Shown here in pieces: positions 37,358-47,080 of a stretch of 64,000 nucleotides of DNA; positions within the stretch are counted from its first letter, which is position 1; each line of letters opens with the position of its first letter. This DNA is from Myxococcota bacterium (lineage in GTDB: Bacteria > Myxococcota_A > UBA9160 > UBA6930), in the NCBI GenBank assembly GCA_965223415.1, contig OZ245002.1, positions 864,001-928,000 of the forward strand, read 5' to 3'. The notes under the pieces are model-generated. The model made no database searches. It was given only the letters and a program-made list of their open reading frames with translations, and was not told where the DNA came from. Made by a program: the position numbers and the translations under genes.

Positions 37358-40276
37358 ATGGCCATGCGTACGCCCACCGTCCGCCGCGGATCCTGGCTGC
37401 TCTTCGCCCTGCTGCTCGCCAGCCTGGTCGCCCTGCCGGGCGCCCAGTGCGGCCACGGCAACAACAGAGAGCTCCCGGGGAGCCAGCTCTTCGCGAGCCC
37501 GCAGACCGAGCCGATCACGATCTCCGCCGACGGCGCGTGGCTCTACGTCGCCCACACGGTGGCCGGCACGGTCCTGGCGATCGAGACCGCCACCGGGAAC
37601 ATCACGACCGTCCGCGTCGGCCTCGAGCCGGTGAGCGTCGAGCTTCGGCCGGACGGCAGCGAGCTCTGGGTCGCGAACCACGTGTCGGACACGGTCACGG
37701 TGATCGACGCGGACGACCAGAGCGCGACCTTCCTCGAGGTCCAGGGCACCATCCAGGATCTCGGCACGGACCTGGTCACGAACTTCGACGAGCCCGCCGA
37801 CATCGCCTTCGCGAGCGACGCCAAGGCCTACGTGTCCCTCTCCTCGACCAACCGGATCGCCGTGGTGGACGTGGCCAGCCGCACGGTGACCGGACACATC
37901 GACATCAGCGCCCAGGAGCCGCGGGCGATCGCCGTCCGGAACGGCCTGCTCTTCGTCGCCGCCTTCGAATCGGGCAACCAGACCGAGATCTCCGTCTGCG
38001 CCCAGCTCTTCGGGACGGGCGGCGTGGGCGATCAGTGCAGCTTGGGCCTGCTCGACCTGGTCACCTTCGTGACGGAGCCGAACGTGCCCGGCGCCACGAA
38101 GAACATCGTGGTGGACACGGACGTCCCGGATCGCGACCTCTTCGTCTTCGACGCCACGAACGAGGCCCCGGTGGACGTGGCGACCGGCCTCGGCACCCTC
38201 CACTACGGCATCGCGGTGGACTCCTCCGGACGCGCCTTCCTCACTCACACCGAGGCGCGAAACGCGGAGAACGGCGACCACGGTGACAACCTCGTCGACC
38301 TGGACAACCGCATCTTCCTGAACCGGATCACCCGACTCACCTGCACCGCCGGTGGCTGCGGCAGCGCCTCGATCTTCGACCTGGAGCCGGCGCCGCCGGC
38401 GGCGATCCCGGCCGGCGACGAGCTGGCGACGCCTTACGGCGTTCGGATCAGCGACGACGACGCTACCGTGGTAGCGACCGCCGCGGGAACGAGCCGGCTG
38501 TTCACCCTCGACGCCTCGAGCGGCGCGGTGCTGGGCATCCTCGATCTCGGCTCCGGGCCGGCCTTTGGCCAGCAGATCCCCCGCGGCGTTGCCCTGGTGT
38601 CCGACGGCACGACCGGCGCCCCGCAGACCGCCTACGTGCTGAACAGCATGGACAGCTCGGTCACGGTCGTGGACGTGACGAATCCGGCGCTTCCGTCCCA
38701 AACGAACCAGTGGAGCTTCGCGGCAGCGGACCCCACCGCGGACGACGTGCGCCGCGGGCGCATCGCCTTCATGAACGCCTTCGCCTCTGACAGCGGGACC
38801 TTCTCCTGCGAGAGCTGCCACCCAGACGGCAACACCGACCAGCTTCTCTGGCGGATCGGCGGTGCCTGCTTCTTCGGCGCCTGCTCGGGAGACGACGAGC
38901 CGCGCACCACCATGCCGGTCCGCGGCCTCCGCAACACGCTCCCCCTGCACTGGGACGGCACCCTCGGCGACCCGATCGGCGGGCCCGACGGCTCGACCAG
39001 CAGCTCCGGGAGCAATCCGGCGGACTGCACGGACGAAGCCAGCTGCTTCCGGCATCTGGTCGACGCGAGCCTCTCCGGCGTGATGTGCGACCAGTCCGCC
39101 GGCTGCCCGAGCGGCGGCCCGCTGACGAGCCAGGAGCGCGACGACATGGCCGCCTTCCTGGCCAGCGTGAGCTACCCGCCCGCCCGCGGCCGGCCGGTCG
39201 ACGACGTCGTGTCCGCCCAGGCCGTCGACGGCTTCGCGGACTTCTTCGTCGACCAGGGCGGCCAGGCCGATCCCAACACCTGCGCCGACTCCGACGCCGG
39301 CTGCCACGAGCTGCCGCTCGGAACCAGCACCAACTCCTCGACCCTCGAGGCCTTCGACGCACCCACCATGCGCGGGATGACGGACCGCTGGCTGCAGTTC
39401 TCGATGGGCATGTCGAACGCCGAGGAGATCCTGGTATTCAACAACTCGCCGATCAACCTGCTCGGCATCGGCACCTCCCCCGGCCTCGAGCCCTCCATCC
39501 AGTGGGACCCGGCCGGCAAGGGCTTCGACGAGATCACCACCTTCGGGGCGGCCTTCGCCGTCTTCGACCCGGTCTACAACGTGCGGCCGATCGACATGTT
39601 CCAGATGTTCGAGGAGGCCAGCACCGGGCTCTCCGGTGCGGTGGGCCGCCAGGTCCAGCTGAACGCGGCGACCACCACGGGCGGCGCGCTGGCGGCGACC
39701 GACGCGCTGCTGACGGCCCTGGAGCAGGCGGACGCGGAGGGCCGGGTGAACCTGCGGGCCTACGGAACCCGCAACGGGTCGGCCACGGATCTCGAGTACA
39801 CGGCGCAGGCCGCCCTCTACCAGTCCGGCCTCGGCACCCTGGACCACGCGACCCTCCTGGCGGAGGCCCAGGCGGGCACGCTGAACGTGACCGCCACCGG
39901 CTTCCTGCGCGGTGGCATGTCCGCCGACGGCTCGCGCCAGCCTCTCCTGGCCACCGACGGCACGGGCGACGGCGCCACCGGCGATCCGCCCCTGCCCCAC
40001 TACCCGGCCGGCACCCCTTCGGATCCCCCGGCGATCACGGTGGACGGCATCGACGTGTCCGAGACGGCGTCGATCTTCGTGGACGGCGTCCCCGCCGCGG
40101 GCACGCTCACCTGCAGCGCGGGGGCGACCAGCGGCGTCTGCAACGCGGGAGACGTGAGCATCGACCTGGACGTCCTGCCCTCGAACGGCCTGCACCTCCT
40201 CCAGGTGCAGAACCCGAAGGGACTCCAGAGCAACGAGCTGCCCCTCTGCGTCGGCAACGCGAGCGGCTGCGACTAG
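37358..40276 (+). CDS. Secreted YncE/YVTN beta-propeller protein fused to a cytochrome c peroxidase/MauG-like heme domain
   Basis: Signal peptide; YVTN-like repeats; CESCH; PLHWDG; CADSDAGCH; FDAPTMRG; 19 Cys; AGGAGG RBS. Confidence 0.8.
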   Translation: MAMRTPTVRRGSWLLFALLLASLVALPGAQCGHGNNRELPGSQLFASPQTEPITISADGAWLYVAHTVAGTVLAIETATGNITTVRVGLEPVSVELRPDGSELWVANHVSDTVTVIDADDQSATFLEVQGTIQDLGTDLVTNFDEPADIAFASDAKAYVSLSSTNRIAVVDVASRTVTGHIDISAQEPRAIAVRNGLLFVAAFESGNQTEISVCAQLFGTGGVGDQCSLGLLDLVTFVTEPNVPGATKNIVVDTDVPDRDLFVFDATNEAPVDVATGLGTLHYGIAVDSSGRAFLTHTEARNAENGDHGDNLVDLDNRIFLNRITRLTCTAGGCGSASIFDLEPAPPAAIPAGDELATPYGVRISDDDATVVATAAGTSRLFTLDASSGAVLGILDLGSGPAFGQQIPRGVALVSDGTTGAPQTAYVLNSMDSSVTVVDVTNPALPSQTNQWSFAAADPTADDVRRGRIAFMNAFASDSGTFSCESCHPDGNTDQLLWRIGGACFFGACSGDDEPRTTMPVRGLRNTLPLHWDGTLGDPIGGPDGSTSSSGSNPADCTDEASCFRHLVDASLSGVMCDQSAGCPSGGPLTSQERDDMAAFLASVSYPPARGRPVDDVVSAQAVDGFADFFVDQGGQADPNTCADSDAGCHELPLGTSTNSSTLEAFDAPTMRGMTDRWLQFSMGMSNAEEILVFNNSPINLLGIGTSPGLEPSIQWDPAGKGFDEITTFGAAFAVFDPVYNVRPIDMFQMFEEASTGLSGAVGRQVQLNAATTTGGALAATDALLTALEQADAEGRVNLRAYGTRNGSATDLEYTAQAALYQSGLGTLDHATLLAEAQAGTLNVTATGFLRGGMSADGSRQPLLATDGTGDGATGDPPLPHYPAGTPSDPPAITVDGIDVSETASIFVDGVPAAGTLTCSAGATSGVCNAGDVSIDLDVLPSNGLHLLQVQNPKGLQSNELPLCVGNASGCD

Positions 40277-40325
40277 GCCCGGACAGCATCGCGACGCCGG
40301 CTGCGACTAGGCCCGGACGGCATCG
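40264..40325. repeat. Tandem direct repeat (2 x 28 bp, period 34) at a convergent gene junction
   Basis: CGGCTGCGACTAGGCCCGGAC(A/G)GCATCG at 40264-40291 and 40298-40325. Confidence 0.9.
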
Positions 40326-41098
40326 GCGGCGCCGCCGTCGATCGGGACGTTCGCCGCGTTGACGTAGGCGGCGCGCTCGCTGCACAGGAAGGCGACCAGG
40401 GCGCCCACGTCCTCGGGCCCGCCCACGCGTCCGGTCGGGTTCGGCATGAACTCCTCGAGGATCACCTGTTCCACCGAAGCCCGGTCCGTGGACAGGCCGC
40501 GCTCTCGGGCGCGGTCGGCGAAGCGCTCGAGCACCTCGTCGGTGGCGAGGATGCCGGGGCTCACCAGGTTCACGGTGATGCCGCTGCCCGCGAGCTCCTT
40601 CGCCAGGCTGAGGGTCAGTGCGGGCAGGGTCGACTTCGCCGCGTAGTAGTGGGGCATCCGGGACTTCGGGCGAACGGTCCCCACGGTGCCGACGAAGATC
40701 ACCCGTCCGAAGCCGCGCTCGCGCATCCCCGGCACGAGCCGCTGCACGAGGCGCACGCCGGAGAGCACGTTCTTCTCGTACTGGTCGATCCAGTCCGCCG
40801 GCTCGCTGCGCCAGCTGCCGCCCTCGGCGACGCCGTAGTTGTTCACGAGCAGATCCACGGCGCCCACATCCTCGGCGATGGCGTTCGCGCCCGCATCGGT
40901 GCGCATGTCGCCGGCCACGGCGCGAGCATCGCCACCGGCCCCGCGGATCGCCGCAACCACTGCCTCCGCCGGCGCCTCCTCGAACCCGTGAACCCACACC
41001 CGGGCGCCTTCGGCCGCGAGCACCCGCGCGATCCCCGCACCGGTGCCGCGGTAGCTGCCCGTGACCAACGCCACCCGTCCTTCGAGCCCCAGGTCCAT
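40307..41098 (-). CDS. SDR family oxidoreductase
   Basis: TGSYRGTG, VNNYG, YYAAK, VNLVSPG, IDGG. Confidence 0.9.
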   Translation of the reverse strand: MDLGLEGRVALVTGSYRGTGAGIARVLAAEGARVWVHGFEEAPAEAVVAAIRGAGGDARAVAGDMRTDAGANAIAEDVGAVDLLVNNYGVAEGGSWRSEPADWIDQYEKNVLSGVRLVQRLVPGMRERGFGRVIFVGTVGTVRPKSRMPHYYAAKSTLPALTLSLAKELAGSGITVNLVSPGILATDEVLERFADRARERGLSTDRASVEQVILEEFMPNPTGRVGGPEDVGALVAFLCSERAAYVNAANVPIDGGAADAVRA

Positions 41099-41106
41099 GG
41101 CTCCCC

Positions 41107-42162
41107 CTACGGTGTGAGCACCACCTTGAGGACGTCTTCCTCCCGGGCGGCGAAGATCTCGTAGCCCTTCACGCCGTCGGCGAGGGACATGCGGTGGGTG
41201 ATGATCTCGGTGGGGTCGAGGCGCCCCTGCTCGATCAGCGGCATCAGGCTGCCCACGTGGTTCTGGGGCATGACGATGCCCGCGCGAAAGGTCAGGTTCT
41301 TCGCCATCACGCCGCTCATGATCGGGATCGGCACCTCGTTGGCGGTGATCACGCCGATCACCGAGACGCGGCCGCCGGGACGCACCACGTCGATCGCGTC
41401 GCGAACGAGCTCCGGGACGCCGATCGCCTCGACGGCGCAGTCGGCGCCCTCGCCGCGGGTCAGCTCCATCACCCGCTCCCGGAGGTCCTCGACGCCCGGG
41501 TCGAGGGCGATGCAGCCGCACTCGCGGGCGCGCTCCAGCCGGTCGCGGTTGAGATCGACGGCGATCACCTGGGCGGCACCGCGGATCTGGGAGGCGCGCT
41601 GGGCGAAGGTGCCGACCGGGCCACAGCCGAAGACGACGACGGTGTCGCCCGGGCCCACCTCGGCCAGCTCGGCGCCCATCGTTCCGGTGGGAAGGATGTC
41701 GGTCAGGAAGAGCGCCTGCTCCAGGGCGAGGCCCTCCGGCACCTTGAAGAGGTTGGTATCGGCGAAGGGCACCCGCGCGCCTTCGGCCTGGCCGCCGGGC
41801 AGCAGCGGGTTGCCGAACACGTTCGTGTAGGCACCCGCGGCTGCGAGGCTCCGGCAGCCGCTGTAGAGCTGTCGCTGGCAGAAGCTGCAGTGCCCGCAGC
41901 CTGCGGTGCACGACACCACGACCCGGTCGCCGGGCTGGAAGCGACCGACCGCGCTGCCCACGGCCTCGACCACACCACCGAACTCGTGGCCCAGCGTGAA
42001 GCCGGTGACGGGCAGCGGATCGCCGTGCCACAGGTGCAGGTCCGAGCCGCAGATGGCCGTCTTCTCGATCCGGACGACGGCGTCGTGCTCGTGCTGGATC
42101 CCGGGATCCGGCACGTCGTCGACGCGGAAGTCCTCCTTGCCGTGGTAGACGATGCCCTTCAC
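41107..42162 (-). CDS. Zinc-dependent alcohol dehydrogenase (glutathione-independent FDH-like)
   Basis: ICGSDLH, GHEF, CGHCSFC...C structural Zn site, TDILPTG, GCGPVG. Confidence 0.92.
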   Translation of the reverse strand: MKGIVYHGKEDFRVDDVPDPGIQHEHDAVVRIEKTAICGSDLHLWHGDPLPVTGFTLGHEFGGVVEAVGSAVGRFQPGDRVVVSCTAGCGHCSFCQRQLYSGCRSLAAAGAYTNVFGNPLLPGGQAEGARVPFADTNLFKVPEGLALEQALFLTDILPTGTMGAELAEVGPGDTVVVFGCGPVGTFAQRASQIRGAAQVIAVDLNRDRLERARECGCIALDPGVEDLRERVMELTRGEGADCAVEAIGVPELVRDAIDVVRPGGRVSVIGVITANEVPIPIMSGVMAKNLTFRAGIVMPQNHVGSLMPLIEQGRLDPTEIITHRMSLADGVKGYEIFAAREEDVLKVVLTP

Positions 42163-42223
42163 GTGCTTCCTCCCGGTGGCGGCGGACGGCAGGGTAGCCC
42201 GAATTTGCGTACTCTCCGGCCCC

Positions 42224-43705
42224 ATGCCCGAGCCCCTCCCCCCGCGAACCCCGGTCCTGGTCGGCGTGGCGCAGCTCGAGCAGCGCACCGACGACTTCGA
42301 GAACGCGAGCGAGCCCCTCGAGCTGATGGTGGAGGCGGTTCGCGCGGCGGCCGAGGACGCCGGCTGCGGCAAGCTGCTGGAGCGCGCCGACGCGGTGAGG
42401 GTGATCCGGGGCGTCTGGCGCTACGGAGACCCGGGGCGGGCGGTCGCCCAGCGCGTCGGATGCCCGGGCTCGCGCACGGCCATCACTCCTTTCGGCGGCA
42501 ACTTCGTCCAGACGACCCTGAACCGCACCGCCCTCGACATCCAGGCCGGGCGCGTCGACGTGGCCATCCTCACCGGCGCCGAGTGCGGCAAGCGCTACGC
42601 GCTGGCCAAGAAGGCCGGCGTGAAGCTCGGCTGGGCCGCCGCGCCGGGCGAGCCCGACGAGCAGATCGGCAAGGACCTGCCGATGGTCCACGACGCGGAG
42701 CTCGCCCGCGGCATCCGCGCGCCCATCCAGATGTACCCGATCTTCGAGAACGCGCTCCGCCACGCCCGGGGCGAGGGCGTGGAGGAGCACACCCGGCGGG
42801 TCTCGGAGCTCTGGGCCGGCTTCAACGCCGTCGCGACCCGCAATCCCCACGCGTGGATCCGCGAGGCGCTCTCCGCCGAGGAGATCCGCACCCCTTCGGC
42901 GACCAACCGGATGATCGGCTTCCCCTACCCGAAGCTGATGAACTCGAACAGCCGCGTGGACCAGGCCGCCGCGCTGATCCTCTGCTCCCTCGAGACGGCG
43001 CGCAGCCTCGGCATCGCCGAGGACCGCTTCGTCTTCCCCTGGGTCGGCACCGACGCCCACGACACCCCGGCGGTCTCGAACCGCCACGAACTCCACCGCT
43101 CGCCGGCCATCCGGCTCGCCGGCGGGCGCGCTCTCGAGCTGGCCGGCCTGGAGGTGGACGACCTCGACCACGTCGACGTGTACAGCTGCTTCCCCTCGGC
43201 GGTCCAGGTCTCGGCCGGCGAGATCGGGCTGCCCCTGGACCGCCCGCTCACGGTGACCGGCGGCCTCACCTTCGGCGGCGGTCCGATGAACAACTACGTG
43301 ATGCACGGCATCGCGAGGATGGCGGAGGTGCTGCGGGAATCGCCCGGCGCCCGGGGGCTCTGCACGGGCAACGGCGGCTACCTCACCAAGCACGCCTTCG
43401 GCGTCTACTCGACCGAGCCCCCCGCCGAGCCCTACCGGCACGAGGACCTCCAGCCCGAGGTCGACGCGCTGCCCGGCCGTGAGGCCGTGGTGGACTGGGA
43501 CGGCGAAGCCACCATCGAGGGCTACACCGTGATGTTCGACGGCGAAGGAGCCGCCGTCGGCCACACCGCCTGCCGACTCGCCGACGGGCGCCGCACCTGG
43601 GCCAACATCGACGATCGCGACACCGCGGCGGCGATGACGCGGGAGGAGTTCTGCGGACGAACGGGACGGATCGACGGCGCCGGCCGTCTGACCGTCACCG
43701 GCTAG
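42224..43705 (+). CDS. Thiolase-like (acetyl-CoA acetyltransferase-annotated) protein with C-terminal extra domain
   Basis: PVLVGV, NRMIGFPYPKLM, VDQAAA, DVYSCFPSAV, TVTGGL.FGGGP.NNY. Confidence 0.82.
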   Translation: MPEPLPPRTPVLVGVAQLEQRTDDFENASEPLELMVEAVRAAAEDAGCGKLLERADAVRVIRGVWRYGDPGRAVAQRVGCPGSRTAITPFGGNFVQTTLNRTALDIQAGRVDVAILTGAECGKRYALAKKAGVKLGWAAAPGEPDEQIGKDLPMVHDAELARGIRAPIQMYPIFENALRHARGEGVEEHTRRVSELWAGFNAVATRNPHAWIREALSAEEIRTPSATNRMIGFPYPKLMNSNSRVDQAAALILCSLETARSLGIAEDRFVFPWVGTDAHDTPAVSNRHELHRSPAIRLAGGRALELAGLEVDDLDHVDVYSCFPSAVQVSAGEIGLPLDRPLTVTGGLTFGGGPMNNYVMHGIARMAEVLRESPGARGLCTGNGGYLTKHAFGVYSTEPPAEPYRHEDLQPEVDALPGREAVVDWDGEATIEGYTVMFDGEGAAVGHTACRLADGRRTWANIDDRDTAAAMTREEFCGRTGRIDGAGRLTVTG

Positions 43706-43715
43706 AGGAGACGAC

Positions 43716-44591
43716 ATGGAGCTGGGTCCGCTCGGCGTCTGGTACTTCACGGAAACGATGACCTCGCCCCAGGCGGCGGACTTTGCGGGGCGGCTCGAGA
43801 GCCTGGGCTACGCGGCCCTGTGGATCCCGGAGACGATGGGCCGCAACCCCTTCGCCCACGCCGCCTATCTCTTCACCCAGACCGAGCGTCTCGTCGTGGC
43901 CACGGGCATCGCCAACATCTACCACCGGCACCCGGGCATGACGAAGCAGTCCCAGATGACGCTGGCCGAGCAGTCCGGCGGGCGCTTCCTGCTGGGCATC
44001 GGCGTGTCCCACGCGCCGCTGGTGAGCGGCGCCCGGGGCCTCGAGTACGGCAAGCCCGTCGCGACCATGCGCACCTACCTGGAGGGCATGGAAGCCTCGC
44101 CCTACAGCGCGGTACCGCCGGCGGAGACACCCAAGACCGTGCTGGCGGCCCTCGGCCCGAAGATGCTCGCCCTCTCGGCGGAGAAGGCCGACGGCGCCCA
44201 CCCGTACTGGACCACGCCGGAGCACACCGCCCAGGCCCGGGAAATCCTCGGGCCGGACAAGCTGCTCTGCGTCGAGCAGAAGATCTGCCTGGAGACCGAC
44301 CCGTCGAAGGCGCGGGAGGCCGGACGGGCCGCCCTTGCCATGTACGCCGGCCTGCCCAACTACGCGAACAACTGGAAGCGCCTGGGCTTCAGCGACGACG
44401 ACATCGCGAACGGCGGGAGCGACAAGCTGATCGACGGCCTCGTCGCATGGGGCGACGAGAAGGCAATCGCCGACCGCGTGCAGGCCCACCGCGACGCGGG
44501 CGCCGACCACGTCTGCATCCAGCCGCTCAAGGCCGGCGGCGGAGTGGGCGAGGTGGACTGGAACGCTCTCGAGGTCCTCGCGCCGCGGTGA
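43716..44591 (+). CDS. LLM-class, probably F420-dependent oxidoreductase (MSMEG_4141-like)
   Basis: LGYAALWIPE, ATGIANIY, GRFLLGIGVSH, AALGPKML, GAHPY. Confidence 0.85.
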   Translation: MELGPLGVWYFTETMTSPQAADFAGRLESLGYAALWIPETMGRNPFAHAAYLFTQTERLVVATGIANIYHRHPGMTKQSQMTLAEQSGGRFLLGIGVSHAPLVSGARGLEYGKPVATMRTYLEGMEASPYSAVPPAETPKTVLAALGPKMLALSAEKADGAHPYWTTPEHTAQAREILGPDKLLCVEQKICLETDPSKAREAGRAALAMYAGLPNYANNWKRLGFSDDDIANGGSDKLIDGLVAWGDEKAIADRVQAHRDAGADHVCIQPLKAGGGVGEVDWNALEVLAPR

Positions 44592-45193
44592 TCGTGGTCG
44601 GGCTCACGGGAGGCCTCGCTTCGGGCAAGTCGACGGTGGCGCGCCTGCTCGCGGCGCGCGGAGCCCGGGTGATCGACGCGGACGTGCTCGGGCACCGAGC
44701 CTACGAGCCGGGCACCGACGCCCACGTCGCCGTGGCCGAGGCCTTCGGTGCCGACGTGGTGGGCGACGGCGGCCGCATCGACCGCAAGGCCCTCGGCGCC
44801 AAGGTGTTCGGCCGGCCGGAGGAGCTCGACCGCCTGACTGGCATCGTGTGGCCGGAGATCCGCCGGCTGGCCCGGGAGGAGATGGGCCGGCTCGGCGCCG
44901 AGGATCCGAATGCGGTCGTCGTGCTGGAGGCGGCGGTGCTGCTGGAAGCGGGCTGGGAGGATCTGGTCGATGAGATCTGGGTCGTGCGGGTGGACCGCGA
45001 GACCGCCGTCGCTCGCGCGGTTGCCCGCGGCGGCCTCGACGCGGACGCGGCAGCCGCCCGCATCGACGCCCAGCTCGGCGACGGCGAGCGCGGCGCCCGG
45101 GCCGACGTGGTCATCGACAACGACGGTGACGAGGCGCTCCTCGAGACCCGGGTCGACCAGGCCTGGCAGGCGCTCCGGGAGCGCGCCGCGTGA
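44588..45193 (+). CDS. coaE: Dephospho-CoA kinase
   Basis: VGLTGGLASGKST, IDAD, IDRKALG, EAAVLLE, ADVVIDN. Confidence 0.93.
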   Translation: MIVVGLTGGLASGKSTVARLLAARGARVIDADVLGHRAYEPGTDAHVAVAEAFGADVVGDGGRIDRKALGAKVFGRPEELDRLTGIVWPEIRRLAREEMGRLGAEDPNAVVVLEAAVLLEAGWEDLVDEIWVVRVDRETAVARAVARGGLDADAAAARIDAQLGDGERGARADVVIDNDGDEALLETRVDQAWQALRERAA

Positions 45194-45825
45194 TCCTCGA
45201 CCTCCACAGCCATTCGATCGCCTCGGACGACGGCCGCGCCAAGGTCGAGAACTACTGCCAGTGGATCCGCAAGAAGGAGGTGCCCATCGACGGGTTCGTC
45301 CTGACCGAGCACAGGCAATTCGATTTCGCGTCGGACTACGCTCCGCTGGCGGCGGAGTTCGACCTGACCATCCTCAAGGGCAGCGAGGTCGAGACGGACT
45401 ACGGCCACGTGCTGGTCTTCGGCGTCACACCGGAGCTGGTGGACGCCTTCGACTTCGCGGCCATCCGGCTCCCGCTCTCGCAGGTGCTCGGAGCGGCCGA
45501 CCGTCACGGGGCGGTCGCCGTGCCCTGCCATCCGGGTCGCACCCGCGTCGGCATGTGCGCCCACGTGGAAGAGCGGGGCGCCGTCCCGGGCGTGCGCATC
45601 GTCGAGATCTACAACGGCGGAAGCCGCGGAAGCGAGGACGAGGCCGCTCTCGCCCTCGCCGAGCAGCAGGGCTACCTGGGCATCGGCGGCAGCGACGCCC
45701 ACATCGTGAGCCACATCGGCCGCTGCGCCACCGGCTTCCCGGCCCCGGTGGACGACGAGGCCGCCCTGGTGGAAGCTCTCCGCGCGGGAGACTTCGAGGC
45801 GATCACGTGGAAATCGACGAGCTGA
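45190..45825 (+). CDS. PHP-domain metallophosphoesterase
   Basis: DLHSHS..SDD, LTEH, GSEV...GH, CHP, GGSDAH. Confidence 0.88.
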   Translation: MILDLHSHSIASDDGRAKVENYCQWIRKKEVPIDGFVLTEHRQFDFASDYAPLAAEFDLTILKGSEVETDYGHVLVFGVTPELVDAFDFAAIRLPLSQVLGAADRHGAVAVPCHPGRTRVGMCAHVEERGAVPGVRIVEIYNGGSRGSEDEAALALAEQQGYLGIGGSDAHIVSHIGRCATGFPAPVDDEAALVEALRAGDFEAITWKSTS

Positions 45826-46241
45826 AGCGCGACTGGCTGAACCAGGACTTCGACGAGCGGGAGTTCGAGGTGAGGGCGAAGGAGATGGTGAGCTTCGCCG
45901 CCGCGGCGGGCGAGACCGCGCCCCGCTTCCTCGACCCGGACGATCCCGACTTCCAGGCGCCGCCCACCTTCTCGGCTCGCTTCCACGGCCGAAGGCTCCT
46001 GCCCGAAGAGTTCCCGCAGATCGGCTTGCCCCTGGACGCCGGCAAGGCCGTGCTTCCGAGGCGGCCGCTCCGGGCCGGTGCCCGCCTCGTCGGCCGGAGC
46101 CACCTCCACGACATCTACGAGAAGACCGGCCGCTCCGGCCGCATGATCTTCCTGGTGAGTCGCATGGAGCTCTACGAGGGCGAGGCGCTGGTGTCGATCG
46201 TCGATTCGCGCATGGTGATCCGGGAGCGGCCGACCGAATGA
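45807..46241 (+). CDS. MaoC-like dehydratase N-terminal subunit (HadA/FAS1-DH-like hotdog fold)
   Basis: FAAAAGE, APPTF, DIYEKTGRSGRMIF. Confidence 0.78.
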   Translation: MEIDELKRDWLNQDFDEREFEVRAKEMVSFAAAAGETAPRFLDPDDPDFQAPPTFSARFHGRRLLPEEFPQIGLPLDAGKAVLPRRPLRAGARLVGRSHLHDIYEKTGRSGRMIFLVSRMELYEGEALVSIVDSRMVIRERPTE

Positions 46242-46648
46242 GCGCCCTCTCCTTCTCCGACGTCGAGTTCGGTGAGGAGCTGCCCGGCTTCGCGCCGGAC
46301 ACGAGCCTCGCCAATGTCACGAAGTTCGCCCGGGCGGCCGCCATGCCCGCCGGCCGCTTCACCGACCACGAGGAGGCCCGCAAGGAGGGCCTGCCCGGCG
46401 CCATCGTCCCCGGCATCATGAGCCAGGCGATCCTCGCCGCCCTGATCCACCGCTGGGCGCCGAACGCGGAGGTCGAGAAGATCGACACCGTCTTCCGGGC
46501 TCCGGTGATGGTGGACCAGTCGCACACGGTCACGGGCGTGGTCACCGATCTGGACGAGGACGAGCGCCGCATCGAGATCGACCTCACCCTTCAGAACGAG
46601 GCGGGGGAGACGCGCGTGATGGGGACGGCGACGATTCGGCTGCCCTAG
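46238..46648 (+). CDS. MaoC family dehydratase (HadB-like hotdog fold)
   Basis: GEELP, ARKEGLPGAIVPG, FRAPV; ATGA overlap. Confidence 0.78.
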   Translation: MSALSFSDVEFGEELPGFAPDTSLANVTKFARAAAMPAGRFTDHEEARKEGLPGAIVPGIMSQAILAALIHRWAPNAEVEKIDTVFRAPVMVDQSHTVTGVVTDLDEDERRIEIDLTLQNEAGETRVMGTATIRLP

Positions 46649-46663
46649 CGAACGGAGCGGCGA

Positions 46664-47080
46664 ATGAACGACAGGACGACCGGTGACGTTCGCTGGAGCC
46701 TCTGGGCGGTCGGTATCATCGCAGTGGTCTGGAATGCGATGGGATGCATCAACTTCCTGTCGCAGATGGACGCCGAGGCGGTGGCGGCGATGCCCGAGGC
46801 GTATCGCACCCTCGTGGAGGGTCGACCCGCTTGGGCCACGGTGGCCTTTGCCGTCGCGGTCTTCGGCGGCGTGGCGGGCGGCGTGCTCCTGCTGCTGAAG
46901 AGCTCGGCGGCCTACCCGGTGTTCGTCGCGTCGCTGCTGGGCGCTGTCGGGGCGCAGCTGCCCCTCCTCGGCATGGCCGACTTCCCCGTCGACGCCGTGG
47001 TCGGCGGCCTGATGCAGGTTGTGGTGGGAGCCTTCCTCGTCGGGTACTCGCGACACCGCGCCCGGGGATCCGGCTCCTAG
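46664..47080 (+). CDS. Small 4-TM hypothetical membrane protein
   Basis: WNAMGC, RPAWAT.AFA.AVFGG; four hydrophobic segments. Confidence 0.75.
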   Translation: MNDRTTGDVRWSLWAVGIIAVVWNAMGCINFLSQMDAEAVAAMPEAYRTLVEGRPAWATVAFAVAVFGGVAGGVLLLLKSSAAYPVFVASLLGAVGAQLPLLGMADFPVDAVVGGLMQVVVGAFLVGYSRHRARGSGS

